NCBI GenBank assembly: GCA_001600695.1
Contig: BCKQ01000004.1
Location: 541,583-605,582, forward strand
Direction: 5' to 3'
Source of the DNA: Ascoidea asiatica JCM 7603
Taxonomy: Eukaryota; Fungi; Ascomycota
DNA length: 64,000 nt
This document shows positions 23,990-36,332 of the stretch, piece after piece (position 1 is the stretch's first letter; each line of letters opens with the position of its first letter). Made by a program: the position numbers and the translations under genes. A model generated the notes under the pieces. It was given only the letters and a program-made list of their open reading frames with translations, was not told the DNA's origin and did not search any database.

Positions 23990-24882
23990 ATGTTGATTCC
24001 AAAAGAAGATAGAAAAAAGATTTACACTTATCTTTATAGTGGTACGTCCAATTTTAATTCCAATGAAGAAATTTATATTTAATAAATAATTCAATAATTA
24101 TAATGGGATCCATTCAATTTAAAATAAAAACAATTAATAAAATTGTAATCTAGAATGAGAATTTAAAGGTTCTAATAATTAATAAATGGAGATAAATAGA
24201 GAATAAAACAACTTACAAGAGAAAATATGATATAATTGGGATACATTTGAATTTTCAAAAAAAAATTGGGAATTATTGTAGATTCCAGTATTGAAATTAT
24301 GACATTCTAAACTAGGTTTATAATTATATAAGAAAAGAAAATATTAAAATTTAAAATGATAATCATTTCACTGAGGGAATGAGTATTATTTTCCTATAAT
24401 TTAATAGAGAATCATAGAATTAAAAGAAATAGAAATAAATAAAATGAATTTCAATATATTATTTATTAGTTTTAAAATTTCAATCAATTTAATATTTAAA
24501 TATTCAAATAAAGAAGTAAATAAAAAATACTAACAATTTTAATTATTTTTTTTTTTTTTTTTAAATAATTTGTTTAGAAGGTGTTTGTGTAGCTAAAAAA
24601 GATTATAATGCTGCCAAACATGATGAAATTGATACAAAAAATTTATTTGTTATTAAAGCTTTACAATCATTAACATCAAAAGGTTTTGTTAAAACTCAAT
24701 TTTCTTGGTCATATTATTATTATACATTAACTGATGAAGGTGTTGAATATTTACGTGAATGGTTACATTTACCAGAAAGTATTTTACCTTTAACTCATAT
24801 TAAACCTGCAGTTCCTGAAAGACAACAACAAAGAAGAAGACCAATGGGTGCAAGAAGATTTGAAGGTCGTGGTAGAGAATAA
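23990..24882 (+). CDS. RPS10: 40S ribosomal protein eS10; join(23990..24041,24578..24882)
   Basis: MLIPKEDRKKIYTYLYSE|GVCVAKKDYNAAKHDEIDTKNLFVIKALQSLTSKGFVKTQFSWSYYYYTLTDEGVEYLRE. Intron GTACGT (24042)...TACTAAC (24528)...TAG (24577). Confidence 0.97.
24042..24577 (+). other. Spliceosomal intron of RPS10 (536 nt, after nt 52 of the CDS)
   Basis: GTACGT donor, perfect TACTAAC, poly-T tract and TAG acceptor; a long intron typical of yeast ribosomal protein genes. Confidence 0.95.
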
Positions 24883-25228
24883 ATTAAATTAATTTAAAAA
24901 TTTTTAAATTCAAATTTTAAATTTCAAATTCCATTTCATTTAAATAAATAAATAAATAGTCAAATAAATTATTTAACTTCATTTATATGTAAAAAAAATT
25001 TAGAAATTGTAATTATTTAGAAAGTACCTCATTTTATTATCATATTAAAAAAAAATAGCATGAAGTAATGGTAATAAATAGTTATTTTTCCCTTACGTAA
25101 TCGATTACATAATCTGAAATTTATATTTAAATATTTAAATATTTAAATATTTAAATAAGAATGAGAATGAGAATAGATATAAATTAGATTGATAAGAATT
25201 AAAATAAGAATTAAAATAAGGTGAGATA

Positions 25229-26206
25229 ATGTTTGAATTATATGTTTGGGGAAATGAGAAGAAATATTTTATGAATTCATCAGATTGTTTAGCAAGTATA
25301 ATTTATATTAAATTATCAATAAAGGATAAAAATAAATTTAAAATTATAAAAAATTTCAATGGATGTAATTTACAAAAAAAAATTAAATTAATTGGATATG
25401 AATTACCAATATTAATTGATACAACAAATAATGAAAAAATTATAAATGGATATTTAAATATAATAAATTATATTAAAAGAATAAATAAAGATTATGATTT
25501 AGATTCATGGTTAGAATATGAAAAAGATGATGATATTAATAGTGATTATAGTGATTATATTAATAATTCAATTTTAAATTTTGGTATTAATTATATTATT
25601 AAAGATAAATTAAATTTAATTATTTTAAATTATTATTATAATAATTTTAAAAATTTTGATAAATATAGTAATTTAATATTTCAATATAATTTTAATTTTA
25701 TTTTAAGTTATTATTTATCAAATTGGTATAAAACAAATAGTTTAGAACTTACATCAAAAATTGAATTAAATTATTCAACAGAAGAAAATAATAATAAAAA
25801 TTTTTATAATAATGAAAAAATTAAAGAAATAAATAAAAAAATATATGAAGAAAATTTTTTAAAAAATTCTAAAAATGTTAATGAAAGTATTTTAAAGAAA
25901 AAAGAAGAAGATATAAAAATTTTTAAAAAAAGTTTTGAAAATATGAGAAGTTTATTATTATTAGAAAGCTATTTAAATGAAATTGATATGAATTTTAATT
26001 TTCATAAAGAAAGTGATGAAGAATTAAATGAAAATTTATTATTATTTGGTAAAAAAATAACAAGTTCAGATATTTATTTAATTGGTAGTGTTATTTGTTT
26101 AATTAATAAAGAATTACCAGATAATTATATTTATAATTATATGAAATGTGAATATAGTAAATTAACTACATTAGCAGAAAGATTTTTAGAAACATTAGAA
26201 AGTTAA
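25229..26206 (+). CDS. SAM37: SAM complex metaxin-like subunit Sam37
   Basis: N-terminal LYVWG...SSDCLASIIY...ELPILID...INGYLNIINYI and GST-like C-terminal LFGKKITSSDIYL. Confidence 0.8.
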   Translation: MFELYVWGNEKKYFMNSSDCLASIIYIKLSIKDKNKFKIIKNFNGCNLQKKIKLIGYELPILIDTTNNEKIINGYLNIINYIKRINKDYDLDSWLEYEKDDDINSDYSDYINNSILNFGINYIIKDKLNLIILNYYYNNFKNFDKYSNLIFQYNFNFILSYYLSNWYKTNSLELTSKIELNYSTEENNNKNFYNNEKIKEINKKIYEENFLKNSKNVNESILKKKEEDIKIFKKSFENMRSLLLLESYLNEIDMNFNFHKESDEELNENLLLFGKKITSSDIYLIGSVICLINKELPDNYIYNYMKCEYSKLTTLAERFLETLES

Positions 26207-27146
26207 AAACTTCAATTAGAATTTAGAACTGTGAATATGAAATGTAAATAGGTGATGATAATATAATCTTTTATTGAAATACTGTATAAAAGGGTCCATT
26301 TATATTCCAAATTCTGCTTTTAGTAACTCGGAAGTACTCATTATCCGACCATAATTCATCACATCCGAGAACATTTCACGTGCTATTATTTTTTTAATTA
26401 ATTTACACGTGCTCAGTTCGGAAACAAAAATATCTTGCCGTGGACTTGCACATGATCGAGTGCTTTGCCCTTGAGCCGAGGAAGACCCACCGCTGCTCGC
26501 TCACCTGCCATTTTCTCAGCTTCCTCTGAGCTTCCTTTCAGTTTCCTGTGAGCTTGAAGAAGCTCGCCCCGCAGCATTTTTCTTGGGTGGTCAGGTTCAG
26601 TCCGGGGAAAAGCACCAACTGCCACTGAAACCAGACCCAGAGCAAAGAAAAGAGCAAAGAAAAGAGCAAAGAGGCGGTGAAAAGAGGAGCTGCTGCTGGT
26701 TCTGCTTCCTTTGCTGCTGCTGCTGGTTCCAAGTGAGCGCGAGTGGCAAAAGTGTCGGCGCTTAACACAATTCTTCTGGCGCTGGATTTGTATTTAAACT
26801 CTTTCAATTCCCTTTTTTTTTTCAATCTTTTTCTCTTTTTTAATCTTCTTTTATCTTTATTTATCTTCGTTTTTATCAATTATCACATTCATCATCTTAT
26901 AATCATCTGAAATTTTCAATTCACAAGCTAAATTATTAAAAAACAATCATTTAATTTCAAATTTCAGTTGATTTCAAGTTGATTTATTTTTTAATTTTAA
27001 ATTCATATTGTTTGCTAATAACCGAAAAAGCCTTATCAAATATTATTTACTGATTTCAATTGTTAATTCCGACTCTTGAAAGAAAAATCGAAATTTAAAA
27101 AACATTGGGACATTACCACATTAACTTACATTCATATAAAAGTAGA

Positions 27147-29312
27147 ATGATTTCTTCTAAATTTAATCGATCTCTTTTTAAAAATAATATTGAAAATATT
27201 AGTAAAAATATTAATAATAACTTACTGAAAATGACAATATCTTCAAATAATATAAATTCAAATTTTAATACGAACTTTAAAAAACAATTTTCAAATTCTA
27301 CAATTAAAAATAATAAGAATATTGAAAAACCAATTGAAAAAAATGGTGAAATGTTAAAATATTTTAATGAAATGCCAAATTTACCTGTACCTGATTTAAA
27401 TCATACAGCAAAATTATATTTAAATTCAATTAAACCTTTAATTACTTCAAATGATCAATTTAATTCAATTAAATTAAAATTAAATGATTTTATTAAAAAA
27501 AATGGTCAAGGAGAAATTTTACAAAATAGATTAATTAAAAAATTTAATAATTCAAATAATTTAAATTGGTTATCAAATTGGTGGGATAATGATGCTTATT
27601 TAAATTATAGAGATCCAATTATACCTTATGTTTCTTATTTTTTTAGTCATTCAACAAATATTTTACCAAAATTTATTGAAAAAAATCAATTATTAAAATC
27701 AAGTTTATTAATAAAAATTATTTTAAATTTTAAAAAAAAAATTGATAATGAATCTTTAAATCCAGAATTAATTATTAAAAAAATTAAATCAAAAGAAAAT
27801 AATCAAAATTTTGATATTAAAAAAATTCCATATTGTATGAAAAGTTTTAAATATATGTTTAATAATTCAAGATTACCAAAAAAACCAAGTGATACAAATA
27901 TTTTTTATGATTCAAATCTTTTACAAAATCAATTTTTAATTGTTATTATAAATAATCAATTTTATAAATTATATCATAATGATAAATTTAATAATATTTT
28001 AAATATTAATGATATTAAAAATCAATTAAATTTAATTTATTTTGATTCAATTTCAAATAATTTTTCAAATTTTGATTCAATTGGTATTTTAACATCTGAA
28101 AATAGAGATAATTGGTCTGAATCATATAATGAATTAATAAATTATTCTCCAATTAATAAAGCTTCAATTGATGATATTCATAAATCTTCTTTTATAATTT
28201 GTTTAGATAATTCAAATCCTCAAAGTCTTGAAGAAAGAGCAAGATATTCTTGGCATGGTAATGGTGAAAATAGATTTTTTGATAAACCTTTACAATTCTT
28301 TGTTGCTTCTAATGGTCAATCTGGTTTTCTTGGTGAACATTCAAAAATGGATGGTACTCCAACTTTATTATTAAATAATTATATTGGTGAAGAATTTAAT
28401 AAAATTAATATAAATAAAATTAATCCTTTTAAATCTTCTGAAAATTCTTCTGAAAATTCTTTAGAAAATTCTTCTGAAAATTCTTCTGAAATTCCTTTAA
28501 CACCAAATGAAAATTTAATTCAATTACCAAAAAAATTAAATTTTGATATTTCTTATTCAATTAAAAATCAAATTTTATTAGCAAAAAAAAATTTTAATAA
28601 TTTAGTTATTAATGGTCATGATTTAAAAGTTTGGAGATATTCTGGATATGGTAAAAATTTTATTAAAAAATTAAATTCTTCTCCAGATGCTTTTATTCAA
28701 ATTTTAATTCAATTAGCTTATCATAAATATACAAATTCAATTAAACCAACTTATGAATCTGCTTCAACAAGAAAATTTAAATTAGGTAGAACTGAAACAA
28801 ATAGATCTGTTTCTGAAGCTTCAAAGAATTTTGTTGAAATTTGGAATAATTATGATAATATTCAAAATTTTATACCAATTAAAGATAAAATAGATTCATT
28901 TTATAAAGCAATAAATTCTCAAAATAATTATATTAAATTAGCTTCAGAAGGTTTAGCAGTTGATCGTCATATTTATGGTTTAAAAAAATCAATTTTACCA
29001 AATGAAGAAATGCATGAATTTTTAAAAGATCCAATGACAAATTATTCTTCAACATGGTTTATTTCAACATCTCAATTATCTTCAGAATTTTTTAATGGTT
29101 ATGGTTGGAGTCAAGTTCATGATCTTGGTTTCGGTTTAGCTTATATCATTAATAATGATTGGATTAATATTAATATTGTTTGTAAAAAAGATAATCCTGC
29201 AGGTTTAAATGTAAATAGCTTTTATTATTACTTAACTATGGCTGCAGATGAATTAAAACAAGTTTTAACTGATCCTGCCAATGAACATATTAAACCAAAA
29301 CCAAAATTATAA
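27147..29312 (+). CDS. CAT2: Mitochondrial/peroxisomal carnitine acetyltransferase; first ATG 27147
   Basis: PNLPVPDL, NWLSNWW, NRFFDKPLQF, catalytic GEHSKMDG and YESASTRKFKLGRTET; N-terminal presequence-like region and C-terminal PKL. Confidence 0.95.
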   Translation: MISSKFNRSLFKNNIENISKNINNNLLKMTISSNNINSNFNTNFKKQFSNSTIKNNKNIEKPIEKNGEMLKYFNEMPNLPVPDLNHTAKLYLNSIKPLITSNDQFNSIKLKLNDFIKKNGQGEILQNRLIKKFNNSNNLNWLSNWWDNDAYLNYRDPIIPYVSYFFSHSTNILPKFIEKNQLLKSSLLIKIILNFKKKIDNESLNPELIIKKIKSKENNQNFDIKKIPYCMKSFKYMFNNSRLPKKPSDTNIFYDSNLLQNQFLIVIINNQFYKLYHNDKFNNILNINDIKNQLNLIYFDSISNNFSNFDSIGILTSENRDNWSESYNELINYSPINKASIDDIHKSSFIICLDNSNPQSLEERARYSWHGNGENRFFDKPLQFFVASNGQSGFLGEHSKMDGTPTLLLNNYIGEEFNKININKINPFKSSENSSENSLENSSENSSEIPLTPNENLIQLPKKLNFDISYSIKNQILLAKKNFNNLVINGHDLKVWRYSGYGKNFIKKLNSSPDAFIQILIQLAYHKYTNSIKPTYESASTRKFKLGRTETNRSVSEASKNFVEIWNNYDNIQNFIPIKDKIDSFYKAINSQNNYIKLASEGLAVDRHIYGLKKSILPNEEMHEFLKDPMTNYSSTWFISTSQLSSEFFNGYGWSQVHDLGFGLAYIINNDWININIVCKKDNPAGLNVNSFYYYLTMAADELKQVLTDPANEHIKPKPKL

Positions 29313-29503
29313 TAATGACCCTTTTTATTTACTATAAATATGATAAACTCTACTCTGCTTTTCTTTTATTTAACTTTATATTTTTTTTTTTTTTTTAACT
29401 TTTATTTTCATCACACACATATTCATATTCATATTCATATTCTTATATTTATCTTTATATGTTTATATATTCCTATATACTTTGTATATAAACATCATGC
29501 TAA

Positions 29504-30277
29504 TCAATATGGAGAACATCTTGTTTCATTATGAATGGTGTAACATTTCAATGAACAATATCTCGAAGAACATTTAGTACATTTTGTCATTGCATTATTA
29601 CCACAAATCGAACATAATTTTTTACCTGGAGGTAAAGTATGAGAAGTAATCTTAGCATAAAGTGGAGATTTATCTTGATCGAATAATATTGTTTTAATAC
29701 CCAAATTTTCTTCTTCATCAATATAATTCAATAATGATTTTCTTGAATTTAAAATTCTTCTTGTATTTGATGTTAAACCTTGTTTACCTCTTTTATTTTG
29801 AATTGAAACATTTTGAGATTTGATATGATTTGAATATGAAATTAAATCAAAATTAGGAAATGAATCTTTATTGAAATTTTTAAAATTTATATTCAAATTT
29901 GATTTGGGTAAATCCAATTTAACATTTGATTCATTGAAATTCTCTTTATCCAATTCTTGAAATCTTTTTATTGATTTTTTAATTTCCAATGAAGTTTCAT
30001 ATTTACTCAACTTATCCTCATTACCATTACCATTACCATTACCATTTCCATTACCAGTATTATTATTATTGTTATTATTATCAAGTTCTCCTTCATCATT
30101 TAGATTGTTATTCGATTGCAAGTTTTGTATATTATAAGCGCCAGGTTTAAACCTTTTTCTACTGTTGTTTGTTGATAAAGTCTGAACATTTCTATTTGGA
30201 ATATATTTTAAATTGATCAAAGAGGAAAAATAAACATTTGGATCTGATCCTTTAGCTATTTCTTCTATCACTGGCAT
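29504..30277 (-). CDS. VPS71: SWR1 complex subunit Vps71/Swc6 (zf-HIT)
   Basis: FQELDKENF, TSNTRRILNSRKSL and C-terminal CSICG...CTKCSSRYCSLKCYTIHNETRC. Confidence 0.92.
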   Translation of the reverse strand: MPVIEEIAKGSDPNVYFSSLINLKYIPNRNVQTLSTNNSRKRFKPGAYNIQNLQSNNNLNDEGELDNNNNNNNTGNGNGNGNGNGNEDKLSKYETSLEIKKSIKRFQELDKENFNESNVKLDLPKSNLNINFKNFNKDSFPNFDLISYSNHIKSQNVSIQNKRGKQGLTSNTRRILNSRKSLLNYIDEEENLGIKTILFDQDKSPLYAKITSHTLPPGKKLCSICGNNAMTKCTKCSSRYCSLKCYTIHNETRCSPY

Positions 30278-30689
30278 ATCATTATATTTCTTCTAATCAA
30301 TTAAACCTATTTCTCTTCTGCTTATTTCAAATATTCCTCAATTACTTCTCTTACTTCTCTTACTTCTCTTATTTCTCTTATTTCTCTTACTTCAATCAAA
30401 TAAAAGCAAATAAAAGCAAATAAAATCAAATAAAATTGATTTTTTCCGGTTTTTAAAATACTTGGGAGGCTCTGTCGCACGGCATCCATACAATAAGTTT
30501 ATAGTATATCTCTAATTCATAGTTTTCTAATTTTTTCTGCCTACGATGATAAAATAATGTTGATTAAAGACAAAAATGGCACACTTTTTTTTTCAAGCCA
30601 GAAAGAAAAAGCAATACTAAAATATAAACTTATAATAAAAAAATAAATAAAAGGTAAAAACAAAAAAGAAACCACCATGAAATTTAACC

Positions 30690-33600
30690 TTATGAATTAC
30701 AACTTTGCACCTTTCTTTTCAATGGATCTGCATATTCATCAAATAATTCTTCTTTTATGAAAACTAAGAAAGAAGGCGTTTCAGTAGCATTTCCAGAAAA
30801 ATTTATAATATCATCAATACCTCTTTCTGTAACTTGTTCATCATTATAACATCTGAAAATATTCCTTTTTGCATCTCTTATGAATATAAAATAATGTCCA
30901 TAATTAGCTTGCCCTCTATGAATAACAACTGCAAATATTTTATATCCAATTCGACAATATGAACTGAATTGATTATCAATTAAATTTTCTAATTCATCTA
31001 TTCTATTTCTAGTTTTGATTATTGTATCATCATATTCTTCAATTTCTTTTTTCAATAATTCAATTGTTGAAATATTCACAGAAATATTATAACCTGAATT
31101 TTGAGCCTGACAATTTTCATCTATAAAATAATTATAAGTTGATATTAATGATTCTTTCATATTTAATCCATTATCTTTTTCATTTAACATAAAATCTTCT
31201 TTTGCTTTTAATTCTTTTAATTCTGCTTTCCAACTAAATAATTCTGATTTTAATCTTTTCAATTCTTGATCTTCAGTTTCAATATATCTATCCATATATA
31301 TAGTTTCTTTATATGAAAGAACATCAAAAACTTTATATAAAGTGAATCGAGTTCTATCAAATTGAACTCTAGATAATTGAACATGTAAAATTTCTGGTAA
31401 TTCTGTAATTGAAACACTTTTTTTAACATTTCCATCTTCTGTTGTTAAAATTTCTTCTCCAAAATATGTATCTAATCCATCATAAATATCTCTTGGATGA
31501 TCACTCATATTAATAAAAATACTTAAAAATCTTTCAAAACTATGTCTAATTGTACCTTTACTACCACTAATTGGTTCTAAAAGTTGTTTACTTTTTCCAA
31601 AAAAAAGTTTTTTAATTATATCATATTGTTCATTATTATCTTCAAGTTTTTCTGGAGATAGTGATGATTCTATTTGACACATAACATTATCAATACATTC
31701 TGTAATATCTTGTTGAGATCCAATATCAATTGCATTTTGAAGTTGTTCTGGTTTTATAACATATCTAATAGGTTTTCCACCTTCTTTTTCTCCAGGTTCA
31801 GCAAAATCAACTGCTTTTGTAGTTTCCTTTTCAGTTTTTAAATCTTCATTTTTTTCAATACTATCTTTTTCCTCCTTTTGATTTAAATTTACTTTAGTGT
31901 TATCTTCAACATCATCCTTGACATCTTTTTTTATATCTTTATTTATATGGTCTTTAGCATCATCTTCAACAATATCTTTGATAGTATCTTTGATATTATC
32001 TTGAATATCATTTTCAACATTTTTTTTCAAATTTGGCAGAAATATATTATCTGAATGTGGAGGTGATAAAGATTCTTTCTGAGGTTTAATTTCTACAACA
32101 GAATCACTATCCGAATCACTGGAATCACTTATATCAATAACATCTGGCTCTTTTAAAGGTATTATATTATGATTAAAATCAATAAGTTCAACACTATCAT
32201 CTGTTTCTTCACCTTGATTTTCGTTAGAATTTTCATTTTTAGATACATTCATTTTTTTATCCTTTGAATTAAAACTTACACTAAGTTCATCAGAACTTAA
32301 TAAACTTGGATATTCCGCTAATAAATCATCATTTTCTAATGATAAAATTGGATCTGCTTGATGTTTTTTATTATAATTTCCAATCATATTAGAATCTGTA
32401 CTTACAGAACGACTTGGTTTTTTACTTGATTCTTCATCAACAACAAAATCAACTTCTTGACTAATATTTGTAAATGCTAAATAAACTAATTGTTCTGTTG
32501 GTGCAATATCACGACTTCTTGTATGAATTAAATCATTAAATAAATATTTTAATTGAAAAATTAATTGATATGATCTTTCAACTTCTTTTTTAGAAACTAA
32601 TCTATTACCAACTCTTCTTTTTTCAAGTATTCCATCAATATTTTCTAAATCATAAGATTCTGGAAATTTTTTATTAAATGTTAAAATTGAATCTCTTAAA
32701 GGTTTTATAGCAAAAAGATATTGTAAAAGAGAATTTAAATAACATGTATTTCCAACATTTCTTAAACCAACTGGATTTTTTTCTAATTCAGAATCGTTTG
32801 GTTCAATAATTCCAGTTTTTAAATATAATGAAATTTTTTTATTTTTTAAATAATATGTATTTAAATATTTTAAACAATATCTTAAACGTAAAAATGGTGC
32901 TGGATCTAAAATTACAGCTTGATCATATCTTGTACCACAATATTTTGTTATTTGAGATCTTTCAACTGTAAGTCTTCTATCAATAATTTGCATAATTTTA
33001 AAAGAATTTGTAAATTTTGAAATTCCTAAAATTTTATAACATTGATCTTCATCTAAATTTTTTGGTAATAAAGGTGTAGTTTTTAAATTAACAGAATTAG
33101 TTTCATATAAATCTAAAAGTAAAGAAGAAAATGTATAAAGTGCAATTGTTAAAAGAGCAATATTTAATTTTTGAAAATTGAAAATATCTGAATTTTCATC
33201 CATTAATTTTATTGAATAACCAGTTTCTATAGTTTTTTCATCACAATCTTCATTTAAACCAAGAATTTCATAAGCTTCTTCAATTGATAATAATTCATTA
33301 TCTAAGAAATTTATTAATTGAAAAGATTTTTTAGCTTTTGCTAAATTTCTAACATGATTTCTAAGAATATTTATATAATATTTATCATATTCTAATTCAA
33401 TTTCTTTTTCATAATATTTACTTAAAATTTCTTCATCATTAATATTTTCTAAAAAATAATTATCTTTTAAATTTAAACCAAGATAATGTAAAGCATCAGA
33501 AATTTCTTTAATTGAAACAATATCATTCATTGATAATTCTTCAGCTTGAAAAATTTGTAAATTTGTAATATCATTAATATTTTTAAAATTATTTAAAGAA

Positions 33601-34579
33601 ATAATTTTACCAAGAGAATTTAAATAAATATGAGAATGAATTGAATCATATGAACATAAATTTTTATAAATTGAAATAATTTGATTTTCATTATAAAAAT
33701 TATAACAAGATAAATTAACAAAATTTTCAGAATTATTTAATTTTATTAAATTTAAATTATAATTAAAATTTTTAAATAAATCTTCATATAAAATTGATTG
33801 ATTAAAATCAGGTTCATTTAAAAATTTAAAAAAAAGGAATGATTTTTTAATAAAATTTGAATTTTTAAAACCAAATGAATAATTATTATTATTATTAAGA
33901 ATGGTATTTGAGAGAGAAGTAGTAAATTTATTACCAATAAAATTAATTTCAAAAAATTTTCTAATTAAATTATCTCTAATTATTGAACCATATTTACCAT
34001 ATTGATGATAATTTAAAGGTAAAATTTCAGATTTATCAAAATTATAAGAAAATAAATTTGTTTCATTAATTAAATAATTTATATCAATATTAATTTGTAA
34101 AGGTTTTGAATTTGGTTTTAAAATTTTTGAATCTAAATCATTTTGTAATTTTAATGGACCTTTAAAAATTTTAGATAAAGTTATAAGACAATTAATTAAA
34201 TCTGGTGGAGTTTCAATAGGATTAGAATCTTTATTAGAATCTTGATTAAAATCTTGATTAAAATCTTGATTAAAATCTTGAATTGAATGAAGTGAAGAAT
34301 ATTTTGCAAATCTTGTTTGAATTGATTCAATTTCAAATTGTTTTAAGAATTTATAATTAAATTCATTTGGATAAATTTCTATATGAATTAAATATTGAAA
34401 ATCAGTTGAACAAAAAGTAGCAGAATCTAAGATTTTTGGATATAAACTTTTAATTAAAATAATTTGATTATTAATAAATTGAATTAATTCAGGATTTGAA
34501 AGTATAGATTCTTTATTAAATTTAAAATCAATTTCATTATCATTTTCATTTTCATTATCATCATTATCATTATCATTAA

Positions 34580-34624
<45 letters not shown>

Positions 34625-35257
34625 CATTTTTATCATTTTTATCAATTTCATTAATATCAAATTCAGATTCTTGTTCATTATCAGAAAATGATAATAAATT
34701 TATATCATTTTTTTGTTTAAAAAATTCCAAATTTTTTTTTTTTAAAATTTTAAATTGATTTTGTAAATGAATATCATTTTGAATTGAATTTAAAACATTA
34801 TCAAAATTAAAATCAGAATTTTGATTAAATATAGATAAATCTAATTTATCAATATTAGAAATTTTATTATTATCTAATTTAAAAAAAATTTTTTTACTTT
34901 TTTTATTAATAATTGAAGAAGTTGAATGAAGATTTAAATTTAAATTTTTTATAGAAATTTTAATATGATTAATATTATTTGAATAATCAGAAATTGAATT
35001 TAAATTTTTTAAATTATTTTGATTTATTAAAAGACCTCTAAGAATATTAATATTTGAATTTTTTTTTTCTAAACTTGGAGCGAAATCTAAAGAATTTTCA
35101 AGAAATATTATTTCATAAGGTTCAATTGTATTATTATTATTATTATTAATCTTATTAGGATTATTACTATTGATTAAATGAGATAATTTTCTTGAATAAT
35201 TTATTGTTTGAGAATTTAATAATGAATTTGGATTTATATTATTATTGGCGTTATTAC

Positions 35258-35291
<34 letters not shown>

Positions 35292-35735
35292 ATTAGTGGC
35301 GGTATTATTATTAAAGTCAATTGATTGATTTAAGATATAATTTAGATTAAATTTGATATCATCAAAGATTCTATTTGAAGTTTTCAAATTACTTGAAATT
35401 TTATAATTATTTTTATTATTTATATTATCTTTATTCATTTCATTTTCAAAAAAATTAAATGCTTCATTTTCTTTTGATAAAGAATTTGAATCATTATTTG
35501 AGTTTGAATTATTATTATAGGAATTATTTGATATATCATTAGATACATCATTAGATACATCATTAGAAACATCATTGAATGTATTATTGACTATATTACT
35601 ATTATTATCATTGGTGTTTGCAATTGTATTTGTATTAATATTTGAAATTGAAGATATATCTAATTGATTTAATTGATTTAAAGGAGGAAATATTTTTTCT
35701 GAAGTATCCTCATCTTTAAAAGATTCAAGGAACAT
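30690..35735 (-). CDS. UBP2: Ubiquitin-specific protease Ubp2
   Basis: Cys box PVGLRNVGNTCYLNSLLQY, QQDITECIDNV and His box HRGQANYGHY..YNDE, preceded by Ubp2-type 'AY..LG' repeats. Confidence 0.9.
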
Positions 35736-36332
35736 AATTTAATGATTTCATAAATTATAATAAGTTAATTGATTGATTATATAATGATAAAGGTGAAATT
35801 GAGATTTAATTGGTATAAATCTATTGTATAGTCTACTATCTAGTCTATTGTTTATCTGATATCTATTATTTATCTATTATTTATCTATTATTTATCTATA
35901 ATTTATCTATAATTTCCTGTCTATTTATCTATCATTAATTGTTGTGTATTAATTTCTGTTTTACATCTTCTTTTTATTACTGTCTTTTGGAGCTGAGTTG
36001 AATTGAACAAAATCAGAAATTGGTTTGAGATCCGACACAGTCACGTGGATAGGCCAAACCGGCAAGAAGACCCAAGGAAATGGTCTCAAATTGCAAATAT
36101 ACCCGGAACGCACTCCCGGAATGCAATCAGTCACCTGCTTGGACGGCAGTCTGCTCCGGATCTCGCTGATCTCTTCAAATGACACAGAAGAAACAGAAGA
36201 AGGTGAAAGAGAAGATGAAGATGAAGAAGAAGATGTTTTTGATGGTGCTGGTTCTGCTGGTTCTGCTGCTGGTGTTGCTGGGATTCCTTCTCTTCTTTCC
36301 TCTGTTAACAGTCAACTCCACTTTAAAGCACA

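Noticed and set aside
24042-24577. Intronic snoRNA in RPS10 (ATGATAA...CTGA near 24356-24374)
   Set aside because: The boxes are imperfect and too close together, and I recognised no rRNA-complementary guide.
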